DNA of 64,000 nt from an uncultured Verrucomicrobiae bacterium (lineage in GTDB: Bacteria; Verrucomicrobiota; Verrucomicrobiia; Chthoniobacterales; UBA10450). The DNA lies in contig CAVUGD010000017.1 in assembly GCA_963740715.1 (NCBI GenBank), positions 4,447-68,446 on the forward strand. The letters run 5' to 3'. Of the stretch, positions 57,684 to 64,000 are shown piece by piece. Under the pieces are notes generated by a model. It saw only the letters and a program-made list of their open reading frames with translations. It searched no databases and was not told the origin of the DNA. The position numbers and the translations under genes are program-made. How positions within the stretch are numbered: the stretch's first letter is position 1; each line of letters begins with the position of its first letter.

Positions 57684-57919
57684 TCCGGGTCAGCCTGGCG
57701 GCGCTGGTCACGATTTATCTGCTCCTTTTTCTTGCGGCGGTTTTTCTCCTCTGGATATTTGGCGAGTGGAATCGTCGACGCCGTGAGCAGCGGGCGCTGC
57801 GCCACCGGCTGCGGTGTGTGATTTGCGCTTTCGAGTTCGAGGACCGAACGACGACGCTTCTGCCTCGTTGTCCGCGCTGCGGCAGCCTGAACGAACGTTT
57901 TAAACTGGATCGAATTTAA
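57680..57919 (+). CDS. Small membrane-anchored zinc-ribbon protein
   Basis: 79-aa ORF with an N-terminal TM then CVIC...CPRC. Its GTG start overlaps the tonB-like stop. Confidence 0.45.
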   Translation: MIRVSLAALVTIYLLLFLAAVFLLWIFGEWNRRRREQRALRHRLRCVICAFEFEDRTTTLLPRCPRCGSLNERFKLDRI

Positions 57920-57921
57920 TC

Positions 57922-59100
57922 ATGGGAATGTGGATTGGCCGAAATCGAAAAGCGCGCGTGTCCTATGGCTTCGACGAGATCGCTCTCGTCCCGGGCCGCG
58001 TGACCATTAATCCGAACGAAGTCGACATCACCTGGCGCCTCTCGCGCCGGGAGTCGGAGCCGCTGGAATTTAAAATCCCGATCCTGGCCAGCGCGATGGA
58101 CGGGGTGGTCGATGTGCGCTTCGCCATCGAGATGGGAAAACTCGGCGGGCTCGCCGTGCTCAACCTCGAAGGCGTGCAATGCCGCTACAAAAATCCGCAG
58201 GAAGTTCTGCAAAAAATCGTCGACGCCGATAAGAACGAGGTGACCGCGCTCCTCCAAAAAATTTACACCGAACCGGTGCAGGAGGATTTGATCGCCGCGC
58301 GGATTAAAGAGATCAAGGACTCGGGCGTGCCGGCGGCGGTCAGTTCCATTCCGCAACGCGCGGATCGTTTCGGCGCCATCGCGCAGGAAGCAGGCGCGGA
58401 TATTTTCGTCGTGCAAAGCACCGTCTCCACCGTGCGCCACGTTTCCTCGGAATATAAATCGCTCGAGCTGGCAAAATTCTGCGGCGAGATGCGCATCCCG
58501 GTCATCGTCGGCAACACCGTCGGCTTCGACGCCACCTACGAGATCATGGAATGCGGACCGGCCGCCGTCCTGATCGGCGTCGGTCCGGGTGCGGCCTGCA
58601 CTTCGCGCGGCGTGCTCGGTCTGGGCGTGCCGCAGGTCACGGCGACGGTCGATTGCGCCGCGGCGCGCGACGCTTATTTCAAAAAAACCGCCCGCTACGT
58701 TTCGATCATCACCGACGGCGGCATGAGCAAAGGCGGCGACGTCTGCAAGGCCTTCGCCTGCGGCGCCGATGCCGTCATGGTCGGAAGTGCGTTTGCCAAG
58801 GCCTACGAATCGCCGGGCAGCGGCTACCATTGGGGAATGGCCACCCCGCACGCCAATCTCCCGCGCGGCACGCGGATCAAGGTCGGCGCGACCGGTTCGC
58901 TGAAACAAATTCTCTTCGGCCCCGCCGAAGTGGACGACGGCAGCCAAAACCTGGTCGGCGCGATCACGACCTGCATGGGCAACGTCGGCGCCAGTACCAT
59001 CCCGGAATTCCAACAAACCGAAATCATCATCGCCCCCTCCATCCGGACCGAGGGCAAACTTTTCCAGACCGTCCAGAGCGTCGGGATGGGAACCCGGTAA
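57922..59100 (+). CDS. GuaB3-type IMP dehydrogenase-family protein (no CBS pair)
   Basis: FDEIALVPG, ILASAMDGV, VGPGAACTSR (catalytic Cys loop), ITDGGM and GADAVMVGS. Its 392 aa is typical of the GuaB3 group. Confidence 0.8.
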   Translation: MGMWIGRNRKARVSYGFDEIALVPGRVTINPNEVDITWRLSRRESEPLEFKIPILASAMDGVVDVRFAIEMGKLGGLAVLNLEGVQCRYKNPQEVLQKIVDADKNEVTALLQKIYTEPVQEDLIAARIKEIKDSGVPAAVSSIPQRADRFGAIAQEAGADIFVVQSTVSTVRHVSSEYKSLELAKFCGEMRIPVIVGNTVGFDATYEIMECGPAAVLIGVGPGAACTSRGVLGLGVPQVTATVDCAAARDAYFKKTARYVSIITDGGMSKGGDVCKAFACGADAVMVGSAFAKAYESPGSGYHWGMATPHANLPRGTRIKVGATGSLKQILFGPAEVDDGSQNLVGAITTCMGNVGASTIPEFQQTEIIIAPSIRTEGKLFQTVQSVGMGTR

Positions 59101-59161
59101 CGGGAAGTGACAAGTGACAGGTGATGAGTGACAAGTAGTCGCTGGAATCCCTTTTTTTCAA

Positions 59162-60410
59162 ATGAATCGACGAGTCGTCATCACCGGAATGGGCGTCGCC
59201 ACGCCGTTAGGCATGGAGTTGGAGCCCTATTGGCAAAACCTGCTCGAGGGCAAAAGCGGCATCGTCGAGATCTCGCGCTTCGACACCACCGGGTTCGACT
59301 GCACGATCGCGGGCGAGATTCGCGACTTCGATCCGAAAACGGTTTTCAAGAATCCCAAGGAACACAAGCGGACCGATCGTTTTGCCCATCTCGCGATGGC
59401 CGCGACAAAAGGGGCGATGCGCGATTCCGGGATCGACCTCGACAAAGTAAATCGCGACCGCTTCGGCGTGCTCGTGAGCAGCGGGATCGGCGGCCTCAAG
59501 ACGCTCGAGGATCAGCACACCGCGCTCATGACCAAAGGTCCCAGCCGTGTTTCCGCGTTCACCATTCCGATGCTCATCAGCAACATGGCGAGCGGGCTCA
59601 TCTCGATGGAATTTGGATTGCGCGGACCGAACATGTGCATCGTCACGGCCTGTGCGACTTCCAACAACGCCATCGGCGAAGCCTGGCGCATCATTAAATT
59701 TGGCGACGCCGACATCTTCCTCGCGGGCGGTTCGGAAGCGGCCATCATCCCGATCGGCCTCGGCGGTTTCGGGGCGATGAAAGCACTCAGCACCCGCAAC
59801 AGCGAACCGCAGCGCGCTTCGCGGCCGTTCGATCGCGATCGCGACGGATTCGTCATGGGCGAAGGCGCGGGCGTGATGGTGGTCGAGGAACTCGAGCACG
59901 CCAAAGCGCGCGGCGCGAAAATCTGGTGCGAGCTGGCCGGCTACGGGCTTTCCGCCGATGCCTATCACATGACGGCGCCGCCGCCCGATGGAGAAGGCGC
60001 GGCCCGGGCGATGAAAATGGCGCTCGGTCACGCCGGGGTGAACCCGAGCGATGTCGATTACGTCAACGCGCACGCCACTTCCACCGGTCTCGGCGACATT
60101 TGCGAGACGCGCGCGATCAAGACGGTCTTCGGCGATCACGCGAAGAACGGCCTCGCCATCAGCTCGACCAAATCGATGACCGGCCATTTGTTAGGCGGAG
60201 CGGGCGCGATCGAGATGGCGGCCTGCGCGATGGCGATCCGCGACGGCAAGATCCCGCCCACGATCAATCTCGAAAATCCCGATCCGGAGTGTGATCTCGA
60301 TTACACTCCAAACGTCGCGCGGGAGAAAAAAGTGCGCGATCGCGGTCAACAATTCTTTCGGGTTCGGCGGCCACAACGCGACCCTGGTCGCGACCGAGTT
60401 CAAGGACTGA
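59162..60410 (+). CDS. fabF: Beta-ketoacyl-ACP synthase II, one frameshift as sequenced in an A6 run (60326..60331)
   Basis: RRVVITGMG, active site ACATS, HMTAP and NAHATST. The conserved end AIAVNNSFGFGGHNATLVATEFKD* is in the -1 frame and stops at 60408..60410. Confidence 0.9.
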
Positions 60411-60447
60411 TCGGTCGTTTTCGCTCCGCGTCCAACGCGAGCACGTT

Positions 60448-60551
60448 TGTAGACGTCGCCCTCTGGGCGACGCGGGCGTGCGCGGGTCTTCGGACGAGCC
60501 TTTCGCGCCAGCGGAGCTTTCCCCCGCGCTTCGCAGAGCGAAGCGTCTACA
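60448..60551. repeat. TGTAGACG-type palindromic element overlapping the VOC gene stop
   Basis: tgtagacg (60448..) ... cgtctaca (..60551), with two internal hairpins (gtcgccc-tct-gggcgac; cgcttcg-caga-gcgaagcg). The TAG stop of the minus-strand gene lies in the terminal TGTAGA. Confidence 0.75.
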
Positions 60552-60939
60552 ACCACAAGTTCGGCGGCGCCAGCTCGACGACATTGCCGGCCGGATCGCG
60601 AAAATAAAGCGAGCGCCCGCCCTCCGGCCATTCGACCTCGGACTCGATCGCGACTCCGTTTTCTGTCAGCCGTTTGCGCCACGGCTCGATCTCCGATTCG
60701 TCGATGACAAAGGCAATGTGCCCCTCCCCAGTCGCGCCATGCGTCGGCACCCCCGCGTCGGCCACGCGTGTCCGCGCCGGATCGAAGAGGAGCAGAACCG
60801 TGGCGCCGCAGCGAAAGGACATTCCGCGGTCTTCAAACCTGGAAACAATCTCAAGGCCGAGCACTTCGTGATAGAACCGCTCCGCCGCGGCGAGATCGCT
60901 CGTGTAGAGCGCGGCTTCGCTGAGTTGGCCGAGCTGCAT
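60547..60939 (-). CDS. VOC-family (glyoxalase/bleomycin-resistance/dioxygenase) protein
   Basis: 130-aa ORF from the ATG at 60939; ERFYHEVLGLE...GHIAFVI...SLYFRDPAGNVVEL pattern. Confidence 0.75.
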   Translation of the reverse strand: MQLGQLSEAALYTSDLAAAERFYHEVLGLEIVSRFEDRGMSFRCGATVLLLFDPARTRVADAGVPTHGATGEGHIAFVIDESEIEPWRKRLTENGVAIESEVEWPEGGRSLYFRDPAGNVVELAPPNLWL

Positions 60940-61014
60940 GCAACGAGGATGCGATTCATTACCGCGCGCGGCAAGAGCCGGTTGCCGGCCGCTTTCTGAA
61001 CGCGAGTTTAGGAA

Positions 61015-61227
61015 ATGCCGGAGATTGGAAAAATGCTGGTGGTTTTTGGAGCGGTCATCGCTCTCATCGGGCTCGCGCTCTGGAGCGGATTCGGGGCCGG
61101 TTGGCTGGGACGTTTGCCGGGGGATATCCGGATCGAGCGCGGACATTCCGCTTTTTATTTTCCGATCGTCACCTGCATCATCATCAGCATCGTGGTCAGC
61201 GTGCTCCTCTCTCTTTTCCGTCGTTAG
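61015..61227 (+). CDS. DUF2905-family small membrane protein
   Basis: 70-aa ORF; LGRLPGDIRIERGHSAFYFPIVTCIIISIV is the family's typical core. Confidence 0.7.
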   Translation: MPEIGKMLVVFGAVIALIGLALWSGFGAGWLGRLPGDIRIERGHSAFYFPIVTCIIISIVVSVLLSLFRR

Positions 61228-61232
61228 GCAAA

Positions 61233-61877
61233 ATGGCCGTCCGCACGGAAAAACAAGCGCAACTCGAGCGCCATGTCGCGCGACTGCGTAACTGCCGGCG
61301 CTGCCCCTTGATGCATCCGCCGCCGGTTTCCGGCGGCGCGGTCCTGAGCAAAGTCCTGCTCGTCGGCCAGGCACCCGGCGTGCGTGAGCCGGTCGCGGGA
61401 AAACCTTTCGCCTGGACCGCGGGCAAGACGCTTTTTCGCTGGTTCGAGGAGGCGAGCGGTCTGAATGAGGAAGCCATCCGCGCGAAAATATATTTCGCGG
61501 CAGTGTGCCGTTGTTTCCCGGGCAAAGCGCCGGGCGGAAGCGATCGCGTTCCGAATCCGCAGGAGATCGTCAACTGCTCCTCCTGGCTCGATCGCGAGAT
61601 CGAAATCCTCGAGCCGCGGCTCGTCATTCCGGTCGGGAAACTGGCGATCGCGCAGTTCATGGAGATCGGCAAACTCGACCAGGTCATCGGCCGCAGTTTT
61701 CGCGCGCGACGTGCGGGGCGGCAGTTTGATCTCATCCCGCTGCCCCATCCTTCCGGCGCCTCGCCCTGGCATCGGATTTCTCCCGGTCGCGAACTGCTCG
61801 GACAGGCGCTGCAACTCATCACGGTGCACGCCGCCTTTCCCTTGGCTCTCCGCGCCAAACCGGCGGGCCGAAAATAG
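61233..61877 (+). CDS. Uracil-DNA glycosylase superfamily protein
   Basis: CRRCPL, GQAPG and HPSGASPW motifs. ATG at 61233. Confidence 0.8.
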   Translation: MAVRTEKQAQLERHVARLRNCRRCPLMHPPPVSGGAVLSKVLLVGQAPGVREPVAGKPFAWTAGKTLFRWFEEASGLNEEAIRAKIYFAAVCRCFPGKAPGGSDRVPNPQEIVNCSSWLDREIEILEPRLVIPVGKLAIAQFMEIGKLDQVIGRSFRARRAGRQFDLIPLPHPSGASPWHRISPGRELLGQALQLITVHAAFPLALRAKPAGRK

Positions 61878-61895
61878 AGATCGGCCCTTCCACAT

Positions 61896-62020
61896 TGTCA
61901 TCCCGATCCGCCACAGGACGGAGAGGGACCTCCCAGTTGCAACCCGCGTTTCCTGCTGAAAAGAAAACGCTTATTGCAATTGCGAGGTCCCTCTCCGTGC
62001 TGCGCCGGATCGGGATGACA
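61896..62020. repeat. TGTCATCCCGA...CGGGATGACA palindromic element, copy C
   Basis: Arms match copies A and B with 1-3 substitutions; the centre is unique. Confidence 0.85.
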
Positions 62021-62050
62021 AGCGAGAGGAATGCTTCATCGTATCGTCAC

Positions 62051-62836
62051 ATGCCTGATCAGATCCGTGTCCTCGTCTGGGGCGAAAATGTGCACGAGCG
62101 GAAGAACGCGATCGTGGGCGGGATTTATCCCGATGGAATGCACCACTGCATCGCCGAAGGTCTGCGCGAGGACTCAGCCTTCACCGTTCGAACGGCCACG
62201 CTACAGGAAGAAGAGCACGGCCTAACGAAAAGCCGACTCGCGCAAACTGACGTCCTGCTCTGGTGGGGCCACGCCGCGCATGGCGAGGTCCAGGATGCGG
62301 TCGTCGAGCGGGTGCTGGCGCGGGTCTGGGAAGGGATGGGCTTCATCGCGCTCCATTCCGCGCACTACTCGAAAATCTTCAAGCGCCTGATGGGCACGAG
62401 CTGCTCGCTCACCTGGCGGGAAGCGGGCGAACGCGAACGGCTGTGGGTCTGCAATCCGGGCCACCCCATCGCGCGCGGGATCGATCGCTCTTTTGAGATC
62501 GAGAACACGGAAATGTATGGAGAGCCCTTCGCCATCCCGACTCCGGACGAGATTGTTTTCCTTTCCTGGTTTGAAGGGGGCGAAGTTTTCCGCAGCGGCT
62601 GCACCTGGAAACGCGGCAACGGGAAGATTTTCTATTTCCGTCCCGGGCACGAAACCTATCCGATCTACTTTCACCCGGTCGTTAGGCAGGTGTTGCGCAA
62701 TGCCGCCCACTGGGCCGCGCCGGAAGGTCAACCGTGGATCGACAGTTGCCCGAATGTCCCGGTGGAAGAAGCGCGCGAAAAGCTGGTCGCGAAAGGTCCG
62801 CGCCTGCACCAGGAAGGCGAAGCGGGATTTCGTTAG
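62051..62836 (+). CDS. ThuA-domain protein (trehalose-utilisation-like)
   Basis: [12 protein letters not shown]..., [38 protein letters not shown]. Confidence 0.75.
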   Translation: MPDQIRVLVWGENVHERKNAIVGGIYPDGMHHCIAEGLREDSAFTVRTATLQEEEHGLTKSRLAQTDVLLWWGHAAHGEVQDAVVERVLARVWEGMGFIALHSAHYSKIFKRLMGTSCSLTWREAGERERLWVCNPGHPIARGIDRSFEIENTEMYGEPFAIPTPDEIVFLSWFEGGEVFRSGCTWKRGNGKIFYFRPGHETYPIYFHPVVRQVLRNAAHWAAPEGQPWIDSCPNVPVEEAREKLVAKGPRLHQEGEAGFR

Positions 62837-62849
62837 CCCGCCTCTATGT

Positions 62850-62949
62850 TGTCATCCTGAGCAGAGCGAAGGATCACTGACTATCTCGCTCTTCAGAACG
62901 CACTAAGCGCAGAAATGGTCAGAGATGTTTCGCTCCGCTCAACATGACA
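62850..62949. repeat. Divergent GTCATCCTGAGC-type palindromic element
   Basis: tgtcatcctgagcagagcgaaggatc (left) and gatgtttcgctccgctcaacatgaca (right) are related to the TGTCATCCCGA family termini. Confidence 0.7.
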
Positions 62950-63004
62950 GTTGTTGGGAAAGGGTCGCGGCCATTCCCTGGGGGCGCACGCGTTGGTCGG
63001 GCGA

Positions 63005-64000
63005 CTACTTCTCGGGTAGCACTTTTTTCACCAGCCGATCAATCCCACCCTGCGCAAATTCGCTCGCCGGATAAAGCTTCTGCGCTTTCAGATACCAGGC
63101 CAGGCTCGAGCCGATTTCGTCTTTCGCTTCCAGCTGTTCCGCGGTCCTCAAGGTGCGCACGAACTCGGCTGCTTCCGTCGTTAGGTTGGCCCGCATCTGG
63201 TTCAATTTGCTGTCGTCCGGATTGTCTTTGTAGACCTTCTCGATCGTCTCCCACGCGCCCGCGTAGTCGCCGTGCTTTTCGATCTCGCCCGCCTGGATGA
63301 TCGCGGTCTCCACCACCTGCATCTGGTCGAGGATTTTTTTCAGCTGCTCCTGCCGATCCGGATAGAGCGCGGCCGCGGCGATGAAGCGCAGCTTATCGTT
63401 GTAAATCTGCCGATTGTTATGCTGGCTGATCAATTGATCGAGATCGACCAGCGCTTTTTGTTGCACGTCGGCCTGCGAAAAAATGAGCCCGGAAACATCG
63501 GCCAACGCCGGGTTCCGCGGCCAGATTTCGGTCGCGGCCTTGAGCTCGGTTTCGAGCGTGGCGCGGTCGCCACTGACCGCGGCGTTGCGCGCCTTGGCCA
63601 GATGCATCGCGCTCACTGTGCGCGCGGTTTCGATCGCGGCGAGCGGCTTTGAGTCGTCGAAATCTTTCGCGATTTTATCGAGCTCTTTGACCAGCTTTTC
63701 CGCGAGTTGGTAATCCTTCACTTCGATCGCGGAGATGAGCTGGTAATTCTTCTGCGAGAACTCCAGCACCTGGCGTTTTTCCTCCCGCGGCAGGGTGCGC
63801 ACTTCGGGCATGAATTCGCCGACGCTGAACGCTTCCGCCAGCCGCTTGGAGGCGCTTTGCAGCTCGTCTTTCTGCAGGAGGAACCGGAAGGCCTGGATGC
63901 TTTGGTTGACGTCGCGGATCGCTTCATGGGCGAGCGCGTCGAGCGTGCCGACCGTCGGCGGCAGGCCGCTGCTCTTGGCAAAGAGATCTTTCGTGTCTTT
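63005..64000 (-). CDS. Hypothetical helical-repeat (TPR-like) protein, 5'-partial at the window edge
   Basis: ORF 63005..63811 remains open in frame up to position 64000 (...KDTKDLFAKSSGLPPTVGTLDAL...). Confidence 0.6.
   Translation of the reverse strand, partial: KDTKDLFAKSSGLPPTVGTLDALAHEAIRDVNQSIQAFRFLLQKDELQSASKRLAEAFSVGEFMPEVRTLPREEKRQVLEFSQKNYQLISAIEVKDYQLAEKLVKELDKIAKDFDDSKPLAAIETARTVSAMHLAKARNAAVSGDRATLETELKAATEIWPRNPALADVSGLIFSQADVQQKALVDLDQLISQHNNRQIYNDKLRFIAAAALYPDRQEQLKKILDQMQVVETAIIQAGEIEKHGDYAGAWETIEKVYKDNPDDSKLNQMRANLTTEAAEFVRTLRTAEQLEAKDEIGSSLAWYLKAQKLYPASEFAQGGIDRLVKKVLPEK

Noticed and set aside
4925-60331. Programmed ribosomal frameshifting or genuine pseudogenisation as the explanation for the many split genes.
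   Set aside because: There is no shared slippery heptamer or downstream structure. The shifts go in both directions, several sit in plain homopolymers, and they hit essential single-copy division and wall genes. Sequence error is the simpler explanation, but only read data can settle it.
150-63185. The motif contains TTAGGC, the nematode telomeric repeat unit.
   Set aside because: All copies are single and embedded in bacterial genes, with no tandem arrays. This is coincidental.
1-64000. HIP1-like palindrome GCGATCGC and general CGATCG richness. I noticed about 17 GCGATCGC copies, for example near 5641, 8611, 21041, 24931, 39141, 49571, 59831 and 61651.
   Set aside because: The enrichment looks real but modest. 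It is plausibly a by-product of very common GCG/ATC/GAT/CGC codon pairs (Ala-Ile-Ala, Arg-Asp-Arg). Without a codon-aware null I cannot call it a separate signal, and it is far weaker than TCGTTAGGC.

Overview
GC-rich, densely coding bacterial chromosomal segment. Protein signatures (ECF sigma with a TTHWS N-terminus, Ser/Thr kinases with TPR tails, PilX_N pseudopilins, a fused murC-murB) suggest a PVC-group or Verrucomicrobiota-like organism; this is inference, not a database result. Content by region: rpiB, a UbiA-family prenyltransferase and a PilC/GspF platform protein (0-3.3 kb). A sulfotransferase pair and a PAS-GAF histidine kinase (3.5-6.9 kb). An Rrf2 regulator, a NitT/TauT-type ABC transporter and HPr (7.2-10.7 kb). 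DUF1460, USP, rarA and rpoZ (10.7-13.7 kb). A minus-strand pseudopilin operon (13.9-17.7 kb). An Lhr-like helicase, a small Cys-rich protein and tmRNA (18.2-21.5 kb). An ECF sigma followed by an active Ser/Thr kinase and a paralogous pseudokinase (22.5-28.8 kb). A lipoprotein with resB and ccsA, the System II cytochrome c biogenesis genes (29.0-33.2 kb). msrA, then a complete minus-strand dcw cluster: mraZ-rsmH-ftsL-ftsI-murE-murF-mraY-murD-(LysM gene)-ftsW-murG-murC/B-ddl-ftsQ-ftsA-ftsZ (35.2-55.0 kb). exbB-exbD-tonB-like, guaB3-type, fabF, VOC, DUF2905, UDG-family and ThuA genes (55.8-62.8 kb). No rRNA, tRNA, CRISPR array, transposase or integrase was recognised. Main observations: (1) the non-palindromic 9-mer TCGTTAGGC occurs about once per kb, equally in both orientations and in every stop-free reading frame, written in with rare codons. 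It is a candidate uptake or recognition signal I cannot match to a described one. (2) At least 17 apparent frameshifts, several at short homopolymers and six of them in dcw genes; these are most simply sequencing or assembly indels. (3) Several families of intergenic palindromic or MITE-like elements, two of them inside the dcw operon.
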